DNA of 64,000 nt from Oopsacas minuta. Taxonomy: Eukaryota > Animalia > Porifera. Below, in pieces: positions 36,957 to 56,373 of this stretch (the first letter of the stretch is position 1; each line of letters starts with the position of its first letter). The notes below the pieces were generated by a model, which ran no database searches, was not told the DNA's origin, and was given only the letters and a program-made list of their open reading frames with translations. The translations under genes were made by a program, and so were the position numbers. Location of the stretch: assembly GCA_024704765.1 (NCBI GenBank), contig JAKMXF010000335.1, positions 208,141-272,140 of the forward strand, given 5' to 3'.

Positions 36957-37573
36957 ATCAAGAGTGCAGCTAAACCGAAAATATACATGTTAACCTATTC
37001 TGCGAATCCTCTGAGAAATGGTAAATATATGAATTCTAATGTCGTTTTAGAATATTGCGAATATGGATCACATTCACCTTTATTTTCAAGTTCTTTCTTC
37101 ATTATCTATTCAGACTACAGTTGCCGTTATTGTCACTAATTGAGAGACAAGCGAATTAACTGCTTTTAAGCTGTTTTAAGGTCGAATTAACTTAACGCGA
37201 GATATACTCGAATTCTTATAATTCTATTATGAATCCGAAATATAGATATCATAAAATGAATGGGCTATGGGCTTATTCGAATTTATCTCTTCAAACTTGT
37301 TTGTATTTACCTGAATTTTTGGTATGGATGTGTCAGTGTTTGGTGGGTAATCAGGCTAATAATAGTATTCATGGATTCACAATTACTTTAAGCAACATCC
37401 TTCTTGTTCGCCGAGCATGGCGATTACTCAAAGGGGTAAATATTCGAGGTTTTACGATATATTTCGCAATTGGAAAGAACTTCCCATCTGAGCTTCAACA
37501 AAAATATTGATCTTTAAGTTTGTAGTGAGCCTTGTTTCTGACTTTGCCACGGTTAAGTGGAATCTACTGTATG

Positions 37574-37655
37574 CAGTGGCGGTCCCAGGGGGAGGCGCCA
37601 ACGGGGCAATTGCCCCGCCTTGCCTCGGCTATGCAATATCCTGGGACCGCCCCTG
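37574..37655. mobile_element. 82-bp GC-rich hAT-type MITE
   Basis: TIR cagtggcggtcccagg / cctgggaccgcccctg (15/16); perfect 8-bp TSD ACTGTATG at 37566-37573 and 37656-37663. Confidence 0.9.
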
Positions 37656-37882
37656 ACTGTATGTATATTTACGGTAAATATAGTCATTACAAATTTAAGG
37701 AATTTTAATATTATCTTCTTGGTTAATAACTGTTTCGTTAACTATCTTACGTAATTAAAGCGAGGCATATAGGTTCATGTACTTTCGTATGATTAAAATT
37801 TTGCTAATATTTTGATAATTTATGATAATAGTAGAGTATTATGTGTATTTTAAGCAAGATATTCAGAGTTCTAAAATATAGA

Positions 37883-37921
37883 TTTGTTTGTTTGTTTGTT
37901 TGTTTGTTTGTTTGTTTGTTT
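37883..37921. repeat. (TTTG)n microsatellite
   Basis: About 10 tandem TTTG units just upstream of the RSK start. Confidence 0.95.
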
Positions 37922-37949
37922 ACACAATTTGTGTTGTTTAGAACCAACC

Positions 37950-44628
<6,679 letters not shown>

Positions 44629-45314
44629 CCCCATCTCTACATATTTAACTCACACACATGATTTTTAGTAACCACCATTGAATTTAAGTTCATTTGAGCA
44701 CTTTTTACTGACTGTTATACATAGTGATTATTAAATAATAATTTTTAGTGGTTTGAGTGCTTTCGTGTGGATATATGTGTGTGATTGTGTGAATTCCAAG
44801 GTGTAACATTTGTTGTTAGGATATTAGTATATTGAAGTGATAATAATGATGTGTATATATTTTTTTCACTGTTTGTATTATTGTAGTGTCAATAGAGTAC
44901 ATAATGGCAATCTTATTTGTTCTTTTATTCTTATACTGGGGTATTTTAATGGGGTAATTGAGGTTTACGTAGCGTATTGGTTTATGTCAATTGTCCCATT
45001 TCGACGGGACGTTATCCAGGAGTTCATGTCTTATTCAAGGAAAAGTATTGAAAATCTCGGGAATTTTTTTCCATTTTGTGCTGTATTTCTGGATATATTC
45101 GGGTGAATAACGTGAAAATCCAGTGACTTGGCAAGGAAAATCTCGTTAGATTTGTAATAGGCTCTAGTAAGTATCCACTTTATAAAGCGAATGTTGAGAA
45201 TCAGAAACTGAAAAATTGATGGTTAATGATGCCAATGTTTGCTGAAGTAAATATATAAATTACTAAACAAGACTCCTTCAAGTCTGGCTATGAATATTAT
45301 TCCTAATTCCACAT

Positions 45315-45342
45315 ATAATAATAATAATAATAATAATAATAA
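45315..45342. repeat. (TAA)n microsatellite
   Basis: About 9 TAA units. Confidence 0.9.
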
Positions 45343-47828
45343 AGTAGTTCCTTCCAAAACTACTGTAACTCTATCCACCAATATTTTGTTTAATAAGGGC
45401 TGTCTCTGGATTATGTTTTGAATTTTGAACTTTTTACTGTAAGAATTATTCATAGTTCTCTTAGCTGTAATATGTAATTTGATTCAGGCAAAAACTACCT
45501 TTAGACAGCCGTTATGGAGGATGTCATTGTGTTTCCCTCAGTGAATACTTGTAATGGCAACAACAATCATTCGACTAAGTTTATGATATCCCCATTAAAT
45601 GAAGGTTACGCCTTCATATACGTATAGTCATATGCTTCGTACATATATTGGGTGTCTGTAACTAAAATCGGAAAATCTAGCAAGACCAGGGAATAAATAT
45701 GTAGTGTGTACTGATATTCTAGTGCGTCTCGATGTGCCAGCTGAATTACAGCATTTCCCTCCCGATTTTCGAACAATATCAGTGTCTTGCGCCGCCGAAA
45801 ATGCGAAATTTTCACGCATTTTATTAGGGGATCCCGTCAGAACTCCAATGTCTGCTATAATATGACCTCTTCTGGATTCCATACCTGTTCCTTTGCCTTG
45901 GCGCTCTTCTATCTGACACTCTAATTAACTACTTGATTCATATATTGTTTTTATGCAAAAGAACTGTTAAGACGCACACCTTCTAGAAACAAAATTAGCA
46001 CAAATTATCCAAGTCTACGTCTTTTCCGATTAAATTCAATAAACCTCCGTCGATATAACGAACTCCTGTTATTACGAAGTGATCCTTTACCCACTTCGTT
46101 ATAACAAGAGTTTACTGTATTGTATCATATCAGAATGAATAAATATTGGTTTGAAATTACTTACTAATAGTACCTATTACCCCGCTACTTCTTATCCAAA
46201 TTCTACTCTGTTATAATAATAGAACAGCAGCTAACTACACAGAAAATGAATACCTCTACAAGATTCTAAATCCATGGTAATACCTCCCTCAATCTTACTT
46301 ATATAATCAGTGTATTTATCAAACTTTATCTTCACATTACAACTTTTACTAAACTCAGAAAATGTTTACTCTAATTATATAAACTGTTCTCTATCAAATT
46401 TTCCTTCTCATCTCGATATCACAAAGACAACAACTAGTTTATTACTTATTTATTTATCAAATTTTATTTATAATGTGTTCTGAATAATCTAGGCTTGCCT
46501 AGTTGAAAAGGGAAATGTTTTTGCATATAAATCTTGCGAATCACTGACTACAATTATCTTCTATCAGAGGTTTGTTCAACTCATAAAAATATACGTATAT
46601 GTTATTATTTATACAATTATTTACGTAATGTTTACAAGGGTATTTGCCTATTAGCAATATTTGCCATTTTGTATTGGAAAAATCCTCTAATAGCAAGTTC
46701 GTGTATTTTCAAGGGAAATTCGAGTAAATACGACTTGCTAATAGGCGAACTCCACCGTATTATAACTTCATTCATCTGAGAAGCAAGAAGCAAACATGCT
46801 GACTGCTAAGACCAATTTAGAGAAAGGATTCGATATACGATGGGTATCGGTTATAAGAACATACTTTGATACTCCGAAGTGTGTGCTTATAAGTGATAAC
46901 CACTGTAACTCTTTCTCAAAGTGTTTTAGATTATAATTTTCCTATGAATGCATATTATTGCTCATCAGCTGATGTGTAAATGATACAATTTACAGTAAAG
47001 CGTATGTCCTATTACTATTCTGTATTCTAAAATTGTTATTTGAAAACCTATACCCCTTCAGTAATTATTTTAGACCAAACAATATGCATTTCCTATGAAG
47101 GAGTAACCACAGAAATTTTGATATTATGCTTCGAAATGACCTGCTAACATTTTATGAATCGAGCTCTCTGATACAGATGTCGCCCTTTAGAAATTGAAAT
47201 TTTATTACATCATCAATAATTTTATGATACCGAATATCTTACATATTTCCATATAATCTACTGTATTTACTCGTTTGTTGGTAAAGCGATTGTTAATTTT
47301 AGCCATCCTTAGAGTAACAACTGCTATTCTAGGAAATAATGTAACTACAGTAAACCTTACCTATGACGGTAATGACCGAGGGGACTGTCCAAAAGTGACC
47401 GATATAGACAGGTTTAGCGCCAGATTGCGTACATCTGGCGTTAAACTTGTGTACATGTGACCGTTAGTGCAACTGCTTTCAGTAAGGGTATCATTAAGTT
47501 TTGGCGGTTATTACATTTTGGGTCATTCACGGCCAGAGGGAGCTACAATTTGAATACAAACTGTAGTATTCATTATTGCTATGTCTTTTGTTAATTCGTA
47601 AATGTCATTGTCTAAGTATCATTGTATTAGATTTGAATAGACCACTTCATTAATAGAAAGGCTAAACTATGCAATTTGATGTGTTAGACCTCTCTACAAT
47701 AATTAAATAATTCGATTACGAATTTGTTGTTTTTTAACAGATATTTTGTATATAAAAGAGAATTAATTCATTAAAGTATACATTTTAGGAATCAATATTT
47801 CTTGTTTGTACTATTACAAAACTGAATT

Positions 47829-50800
47829 ATGGAAACTTCAAGATTGATTATAACGAATGGTAAGCTGAAGTGTTATACTTTTGTTCAATGTATTTTCACC
47901 AGTGGACCCCTCCCATAGACTGTGATACAAATTTTGAGATACTGTCGATCCCCTGCCGTCCACCAAGAGATCCTTGCCCTGGTGGGGACCGCTTGTGTAT
48001 GAAAATACTGATTTTATTCGGCAAAAACTTTTTTTTCCTCGGATTACCTTCACTCAAGTTTGTATGCCGTGTTTTTGGGGATTTTCAATAGCTTTGATGA
48101 TTTTTGAAAAAAGTTCGTGACGTCACGCATGTATGTTTTGAGGTTGTGGATATAAATATTTCAATGAATTTCTGTAGGTAATCATCCCGGTATGTTGTCC
48201 AGCATACACCGGTCTTCATCAAGTTCAACCAGTGACTGTTCTCCAACAGAGATTCATCCTGTCGTGCATACTGGTAAGAATAAGAAAAGAAAGAAAGTTA
48301 AAGGTGAGTTAAGTTGAAACCTGTTTCTGCTGTCAAATTGGGATTCCTACGAATATCGTCGATATACGCTATTACCCCAATGTATTCTACCATATTAGCT
48401 AGCTAACAGGATATTAATGAATATGTTATGGAGAATTCACATTTTCATATACAATAGAACTCGGAAAGACGTACTTCTTTCAAAATTATTTCCCATCCAT
48501 TCTAATACAAGATCTATTCAGTTATAATATACACCCGACACTACGTATGAATTAGTGCCCCTCAAGGCATACGTCTTATCCGAGTTCTACTGACACCATA
48601 CACGTATTTATCATTCATTAGAGATAATGAAATAATGATGATCAAATCAGCATTCACGTAGAAAGCTTGTAGCCTTTTAAACAAATTTATTTATTAGCAA
48701 TAATCCTATTAGTAATGATTAGTGTTAAATAGAATTCCACAATTGACGATGTCCTCATAAAGCTTTTAATATTCATTTTCATCCATACAATTCTATGTAA
48801 AACTATGTGATTATTATTTCGGTGGATTAATATGCGTATTTTATAATTAATAACTGATTTTTCGCATTTAGGCGAGAGAATAATTATAAAGAGTTTCTCT
48901 GGAACAAAATTCTCATCGATCCATCCCTCAGGGAGTGAATTCATTTCTCTACAATCTCCTCCGCCCTCGACGAGGGGGCAATTTCTAACCAATGATCTTG
49001 GACATACTGGTTCTCAAACTTTTCCTAACAGGACTGATTTCTCTGCATTTAAGAAGATGTTACCGAGGTATGTAAATCCCAGAAATTCCTGGATCAAAAT
49101 ACCGTTAATGAAGTTATCACATTCCATCCATTTCTATTTCTTCTTTAGATATCTAGTAAACAGTTTCCATATCAAAGTAGAAGATGAGTATTACTCAGGG
49201 AGAGATGAGATTAAAGCATTTATTCTCTCAACATTCGCAAAACTTAAATCTTCTAATACTCGCTGTATCCTCTGTAAACATGAACTTACAGTATTTAATA
49301 GGTTAGCATACAATGTTAATATACATGGGATTTGGCGTCATGGTGCTTTGAATTATGTGAGGAAAGTTTCGTATGGGAATACCATGGAATATTTATGTAA
49401 GGTTCTGAGATCTTTTCGAGATCCTGGCTGGCCAAGCCAGTATTTTCAAACCCTCAAACAAGATTATTAGTACGTACAACCGCCTATACTTACTTCTCGC
49501 ATTAACATGACTGTGAATACAATTTTGATTGGAAGAAGTATTACATATTACCCCAGTTTGCTTCTTATCCGAGTTCTACTATAATATCTGTTCTATATAC
49601 GTAGCACGTGGATATTACGTGTATTCTTGTGTTGTAGTATCTTCTACCACACACAATAATCTTCCAATAATATTATCAACAGAATTGAGATCTATTATAA
49701 ATACACTCTTGTTTAATGGTTCCTTTTTACAGCTAGACACCTCTACACAATATGACTTTACTGATAATTTCCCCTAACACTCTTCATTTTTATAACTGTA
49801 TATTCACGTAAATAGGAGGCTGTTTTCATATGAACTCCCAAATATTTTGAATACACTGTAAACTCTACAAACGGGACTGTGGAAACTGGTAACATCTGGA
49901 AACGGAGCTAAAATATTAGAGGGAATTCCTATTCGCATATAATTGATCTTCCACACACGGGGAAATTGGCAGATCGGGGTAGCATTTTTGGCCTCTCTGG
50001 GACCGTTTGTGGAGGTTATACTATATTAAAACAAATACATAAAAAGGCTACTTTATCTTGTCGCTTTCCTGGACCTTTGGTTTCTTTTTATCTACATGAT
50101 TCAATTATCAACTAGACTCAATGAATAAACTAATCTCTTAAAAGTGCTCTAGGTTGAATGATATGTTTAACCTTGTGAGCTAGCGAAGCCATTTATTCAT
50201 TATGCAACACAATGTGTGTATATCTAAACGCCTGTATCAACCATTAGGGATACATTCTTATTCAATGACTAGTATTTTATTATCACAAACGAAACCTTAT
50301 CCATTCAGAAATTATAGGATTGAATGATTGCTACTGGTTTTTTTATGGCAAGATTTTGTCATTTGTCCGAGGCCATATTCGCATAATCGCGAATATATTA
50401 CAAATGTAAAGATATAATCTGCTTTAACGATAAATCCCAGAAAACCTGGAAATATTTACAGGAAAATTACGCTAACAAATATTTTTACACTTTCAAATGT
50501 CTTATAGCACAATTATTCACATGCGATTAGTCTCAATGATCCACTGCGATAATTTAGTGAAAATTACGTCGACACAGACTGTTAATTTGATATTTGTTTT
50601 TTCTAATTTCTCGTCCACGCCTTTATGTCTAGCATGAAATTTACCGTCTAATACGCACCTCGGCGTACGATCTTTATTCTGATAATAACAGACGCTTTTG
50701 TGTCATTTTTTGTCGTTTTTACTTCCAAAAATATTTCCACAACTTTTTGACAAAAAATTAATTTTTCAGAAAATTCATATTTATGTATTTTTACGTAACT

Positions 50801-51641
50801 CCAGGTACCCAATGATAGACGGCACTTTCTTCTTATCGCCCCTAAAGCATGATGATTTCTGCTGTGGTCTGAGTATAGCTAGTGTCCGTATGATGGTGGG
50901 TTACACTTATCAGGCTATGTACGAGGCTAGCAATGGAGAGTATAGGAGTGGTGCTGGAGAAGTTTATTTGTGTGCTGTTTGTGTGAAGTGCATGTCTGGA
51001 GTTAATGCTGTTTCTTGCAGGTAAGTTTGAGATATAATCTTGTACATATTTGTAACCTCCACAAATATGGAAACGGAGTGGAAAATAAAGCAAATTCCTA
51101 GTCCCATACAGAAATAGTACGTATAATTGCAAACTCGCGTATTTGCAACGAAAAATTCATGCCAAATACGATTAGCTAATAGCTCCACTGTAATCGTATA
51201 TTCACGTGTTAATGTTACTACTTTAGTTTCTGTGGGTGCCCATGGCAAGCAGACATACACCAGCTTGGCACTCTATACAAATACGATCTGTTGAGTGCTA
51301 GTCAGTGCTGCGTACAGAGGAGATTGTGTACTACTTGTAGTCAGCCTGTTATCAATGCTAATGAGCCGATGTTCTTTTCAACACCTAGTGAAGTGGTGAG
51401 TTACTTATAACTATATTCATAAAGGCAATGAGGGTCATCAAGGGACCGGCATTCGATGAAACGAGAGTTTACTGTGTTTGTTTTGGATTTTCTATACAAA
51501 ATACTCACTTCCTAATTGTATTTTATTTATTCGTCTTCTCCCTAGATCCAATGTCCTCATTGTCAGACTATAGACTACCATCTGCTACGACCTAGCCTGA
51601 CCTATACAGTAATACCAGAAACATACTCTAGACATTATTAA
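47829..51641 (+). CDS. HECA: Headcase (HECA/hdc) homolog, C-terminal Cys-rich domain
   Basis: Exons 47829-47859 (start exon tentative), 48178-48303, 48872-49067, 49149-49301, 50805-51020, 51227-51395, 51546-51641; 987 nt = 328 aa. FHIKVEDE, YPMIDGTFFLSP, YLCAVCVKCM, HQLGTLYKYDLLSASQCC, QCPHCQTIDYH. Confidence 0.85.
48452..48592. mobile_element. MITE family F (CAGTAGAACTCGGA ends)
   Basis: TIR caatagaactcggaaagacgta / tacgtcttatccgagttctactg; partial copies about 49470-49582 and 57240-57338. Confidence 0.7.
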
Positions 51642-52725
51642 TAATAGGTCAGTCACTGACTGCCATACAATACTGTTATAAGTACACACAATAGAAATGC
51701 TGTACACGAGGCGGTATTTGTAGAGTTTATCGACATTCCTTTATGATATACTGTTGAATTACTATGGATATCTAGTCTGATACTTCTAATAGTTTAAAGC
51801 CAAATTGTAGTCTCTAAGTTCAACGGTTACCAACCTTTCCCACCCGTTGGACCCCTCCAATCGACTGCAATACAATTTTAGAGATCCCGTAGCCTCCATG
51901 CTGTCGTCCGTACACCACCATGAGTCCATGGGCCCAGGTTGGCCGCCGCCGCCTAGTTGATACAAATATCAAGGTGCTGTCGAAATTTGTACATTCCCAC
52001 GGGAAACCTGTATTAATGAAATCCATTCAAATGTATTCAGAGATTCCTCGAAAAATTGTATTACCAAAACGTACATAAAACTTAAACGAGTTAACTTTCC
52101 TGCTAACTTTTCGAAATTAGGCAAAGAATCCGTTTCACTTTCTTTAATCGCGGCTAATTGTCCACCAGGTGTCGGAATAATAATCTCATATTTTCATATT
52201 TCCTCCAGGCTACTTCAACCTTTCAGCTCTATATACTCCGCTTAGGTCAATACATTTATCTACGCTATGCAGGAAGATTATTCATAATCATTAGTCGTTT
52301 GATAGTTCTATTGTATATATACATACACAGTATATCCGTGAATATTAGGATATTTTCTATATTTTTAATGTTAACTTTGCTTCTTAGTCTATTTGTATCA
52401 ATTCTAGGTTTGCATTTATTTGTTATTTGTTTAGGAATATATTCACACTTCTAGGTTATTTGTCAGAAATATTAAACGATCATTCATTATTTTCTTGTAT
52501 TTTGTAAGAATTACGATATATTCGTGTTTCAGTGGTGTTGGTTTTTCACCAAATTGCAAAAATATTCGAATAAATGAGTGAAACTATGAAATATATTTAT
52601 TAAAGGTTTACTTTCAGAATTCATATATTCATTTTTGGGTCCTTGTTGTCCCCCCGGGGGCAAGTAAAAGGTGTGAAACCTTTTAATAAGCAAAATTATA
52701 TTAGATGAGAGCGAACAATAGAAAT

Positions 52726-54012
52726 TTAATTATTATCAGAAAATATTTGTAAACCGAAATTCTTGTTAGAAGAAATACAAATTAGTTTTGTGTTGTGTAT
52801 TGTAATGCCGGAAGGGTGGTAAAGCATTCCAGTTTTTTGTCCTATCTGTCCTATCGTGTGTAGGAGGTCTCCTTCTGGAGAGAATACTTTGATGCTGTGA
52901 GCCGACCAGTCGCTAATGACAAAGTTATTGTTTTCGTCCAAACAGAAGAAGAATGGTCTTATGACTTCCATTCCTGGTCCTCTGGTAACTAAGGAGCGGG
53001 ACTTCTCTCCTGAGAGAGTAAACACATGAATGCACGGATTGTCAACAGAGCTCAACACAAACATTTCATTGTTTGAGAACTTTATATCAACAGGTGTAGT
53101 CATGGTTTGGTGTCGTAGTGAGCCCTCGAATACCAGATCAGTCGTCAGGATTTGGACTCTGTTGTTGAATTGATCTGACACATAAATGTGTTGATTAGGA
53201 GAGATAGCGAGTTGTCTAGGGTGATAGAACTCTTCACTACTAGAACCTAACTTACCTACTCGCTTTATCATTGTTAGGTCTGGTAGCTTGAATAGGAAGA
53301 TAGCCTGATACCTTAAGTCTGTGACATAAATGTTGTCCACATGGATTAGGATACCATATGGTCGGCTCAGGTGTCTATCTCCAAAATGGTTAAGATGGTG
53401 TCCTTCCTGAGAGATTATTTGGATACGACTGTTGAACATATCTGCCACACAAATGTGTTCAGATTCAGGTTCGATTGTGACACCTTGTGGACCGTTGAAC
53501 TCACCAGGACCTGATTCTGTTTTCCCAACAGCAATAATGGGCTGTTGGAATGCAGCGTAATTGAGGATTGATGGCATAGGAGAGATGGGACGGATCTCGT
53601 GTTGGTCAATTTCTCCCAGACAAGAGATGCGTTCCTCCAGATCTTGTGCGTCACACAAGAACCTCAGTTCTTGAGGTGGTTGTGCATTGAGGCGGAGTTC
53701 TGCCATTTTAGCCTCCATTTCTGCTACCATTCTATTTTGCAATGTATGAAGCTTGTTATGCTTTATTTGGCGTTCAATGAATCGCCGAGTTTGATCAACT
53801 TCCTCCTCTACTTCCTCACGAGCCACCAGATCGGTTCTCATCTCTTCGCGTGTGTTCCTTAACGTGGCTAAGAGATGGGCCCGTCTCTGATTGAGGAGGA
53901 ATATCAACCTGTCGATGGATTGGTTTATTTGTACCGCTATGGGATCGATATGCTCTGAGAGTGGTTCATGCATGTATGGCACTCCGATGGTTTCTGGAAA
54001 TTGTGTTGCCAT
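52726..54012 (-). CDS. Coiled-coil + NHL-repeat beta-propeller protein (TRIM-NHL-like, no RING/B-box), intronless
   Basis: 428-aa ORF; NHL repeats (GEFNGPQGVTI, FYHPRQLAIS, YVSDQFNNRVQI, GMLYHPSGITI). Confidence 0.88.
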   Translation of the reverse strand: MATQFPETIGVPYMHEPLSEHIDPIAVQINQSIDRLIFLLNQRRAHLLATLRNTREEMRTDLVAREEVEEEVDQTRRFIERQIKHNKLHTLQNRMVAEMEAKMAELRLNAQPPQELRFLCDAQDLEERISCLGEIDQHEIRPISPMPSILNYAAFQQPIIAVGKTESGPGEFNGPQGVTIEPESEHICVADMFNSRIQIISQEGHHLNHFGDRHLSRPYGILIHVDNIYVTDLRYQAIFLFKLPDLTMIKRVGKLGSSSEEFYHPRQLAISPNQHIYVSDQFNNRVQILTTDLVFEGSLRHQTMTTPVDIKFSNNEMFVLSSVDNPCIHVFTLSGEKSRSLVTRGPGMEVIRPFFFCLDENNNFVISDWSAHSIKVFSPEGDLLHTIGQIGQKTGMLYHPSGITIHNTKLICISSNKNFGLQIFSDNN

Positions 54013-54338
54013 TTTCGATAATTATTTTGGATTGAATTTTGTAAGAAATTTATTAGAATATTAATTTTATCCAACTATTTATAATCCAAATATAAATAAC
54101 TAAGTCCATGACTGGTTGCTATGATTAATTCCAGTAATTTTATCTTTGGTAATCCACGCATACTTCCATAATTAATTATGGATTAGGTAGTCACGGTGGT
54201 TGGGAAATACAATATTCAATTTTGTTATTACAGCAATATATTGTTCGTGTTGCCAAGGTTCACCCAAAGTTAACTAAATCGTTGTAGACTGCAGTTGCGT
54301 AGCGAAGACATTACAGTTTATTTAATTGAGCACAGTAA

Positions 54339-55733
54339 TTATGTAGAAAATATCTGTAAACCGAAATTCTTGTTAGACGAAACGCAAATTAGTTTTGTTT
54401 TGTTCATTACAACGCCGGTAGGATAGTGGAACATTCCAGCTTCATGTCCATACTGTCCAATTCTGTGTATGATCTTTCCCTTTTGAGAAAATACAATGAT
54501 TTGGTTAGCCCAGTAGTTGCTAACGACAATATTCTTGTGTTGGTCTAAACAGAAGGAATATGCACCTCTAACTTGCATGCCTTTTCCTCCCGTAATTATT
54601 GAGCGAAACATCTCACCTGTGAGAGAAAATACATGAATACAAGGATCGTCTGTGTAGCTTAGCACGTATAGTTCATTTTTTAAGAATTTCACGTCAACAG
54701 GACGGCTCATGATTTTGTGACTTAGTGATCCGCTGAATTTTAATTTGGCTGTCATGATTTGGAGTCTGTCATTCAATTCATCTGCTACATATATGTCATT
54801 ATTTGGAGAGATGGCGAGTTGTTTAGGCGAATTGAACGCTTGACTACCGGATCCTTTCTCTCCCACTCGCCTTTTCATTGTTAGGTCTTTAACCTTGTAT
54901 TGTACGATAGCGTGATGGCCTATGTCCGCTATATAAATGTCCTCATGATGTATTACGATTCCCCATGGCTTCTTTAGGTGTCTATATCCAAAATGTTTAA
55001 TATAGCATCCTATCTGAGAGAATATGTTGATACGACGGTTGCTCATATCTGTCACATAAATATGACCTGATTCAGGGTGGACTGTGACACCGCGTGGTTT
55101 GGCAAGTTCTCCAGGTCCTGATCCTTGCTTGATAACTACAGTTTCAACAATGGGTTGTTGGAATGCAGTGGTGTTTGGGACAGTTTGCATAGGATCGATT
55201 GGAGCTTTTGGAGGTTCAGAGTCTTTTGTAGGGATTAGAGGAGGGATATCATAAATTGGATGCGAAATAGGCATAGAAAGGCAGCTATTTTCTAGAGGAG
55301 TATCATTGTTTGCAGGTTTAGGAACCACAGAAGGGCTATCAGGACGGATTTCTGCGATTTCTCCCAGACAAGCAATACGTTCTTCAAGGTATTTTGTGCT
55401 ACATAAGAACCTCAGATTTTGATATGGTGGTGCACTACGTCGGAGCTTTTCTTGTTTATGTTTTGTTTCTGCTAGCATTGTCATTTGCAATGATTGGAAC
55501 ATATTATGCTTCAATTGATTTTCTATCATAATACGGGTTTCTACGAGGTCTTTGTCGATGTTCTTACGTGCTTCGAGATCCTCTCTCATTTCTTCGCACT
55601 TGTCCGCTAACGTGGCAAAGAGATGGTCTCGTCTCTCGTTCAGGAGTGATATCAATTTATTAATGCATTGGTTTATTTCGATGGCTAAGTTATCGAAAAA
55701 TGGCATAATTGATTCGGGGAAATGTGTCGCCAT
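54339..55733 (-). CDS. Tandem paralog: coiled-coil + NHL-repeat protein, intronless
   Basis: 464-aa ORF with the same architecture; C-terminus KLICVSSNKNFGLQIFS nearly identical to its neighbour; extra Pro-rich linker. Confidence 0.88.
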   Translation of the reverse strand: MATHFPESIMPFFDNLAIEINQCINKLISLLNERRDHLFATLADKCEEMREDLEARKNIDKDLVETRIMIENQLKHNMFQSLQMTMLAETKHKQEKLRRSAPPYQNLRFLCSTKYLEERIACLGEIAEIRPDSPSVVPKPANNDTPLENSCLSMPISHPIYDIPPLIPTKDSEPPKAPIDPMQTVPNTTAFQQPIVETVVIKQGSGPGELAKPRGVTVHPESGHIYVTDMSNRRINIFSQIGCYIKHFGYRHLKKPWGIVIHHEDIYIADIGHHAIVQYKVKDLTMKRRVGEKGSGSQAFNSPKQLAISPNNDIYVADELNDRLQIMTAKLKFSGSLSHKIMSRPVDVKFLKNELYVLSYTDDPCIHVFSLTGEMFRSIITGGKGMQVRGAYSFCLDQHKNIVVSNYWANQIIVFSQKGKIIHRIGQYGHEAGMFHYPTGVVMNKTKLICVSSNKNFGLQIFST

Positions 55734-56373
55734 TTTATTGAAACCGTTTATGATATTTTGAGTGAAACTTATTTGGTTTCTAAAATAATTTATAGATCTT
55801 TTCAGCGGTAAAAGTAATTTCTAGTTGTACACGTGCTTGCGTTTACAAATAATATTAATTACTGATACGCCAGGAGTAATGCAGAAATATAAATGTGGAT
55901 ATTAATCATAACATACTGACAGTAATGTAAAATTTTGACAAAATCACCTACAAATTCAATTAGATAATTTGCTATTAATAGAATTCACCAAAATATTTGA
56001 TATTTTTGCAAAAAAATGTAAGATTCATAATTTTGTTATCAGTCAATTGAAACTTAACAGATATCTCTTAATGAACCTCTCGCGTCTCTCCATTAGGGTC
56101 ATGTCGGGACCATTTTAACCTGATTAACCAAAGTAAGTAACACTAGTTGTATGTTTCTGTTTCTGGACAAGTGACCCAAATAACCGGTGGCTCTATTAAG
56201 GGAGTATACTGTAGATAATTTCGGATTCTCAATATAGCTTTCTAACGTTACGTAACGCTTCCATCAGTCCAATGGGAATGGCTAAATCTAAGATTAAACG
56301 GATATACATATTTACATAAGAGGGTATCAAATTTTCAGGAATTTACCTAATTGAACTGCCCCCTATGTAACCA

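Noticed and set aside
45223-45453. 76-aa minus-strand ORF with a poly-Leu transmembrane-like segment
   Set aside because: The poly-Leu comes from the (TAA)n microsatellite; no other support.
46765-46910. SEKQ...KGFDI frame resembling the headcase N-terminal domain
   Set aside because: Weak similarity, no usable acceptor, and it runs from a family C MITE into a family G MITE.
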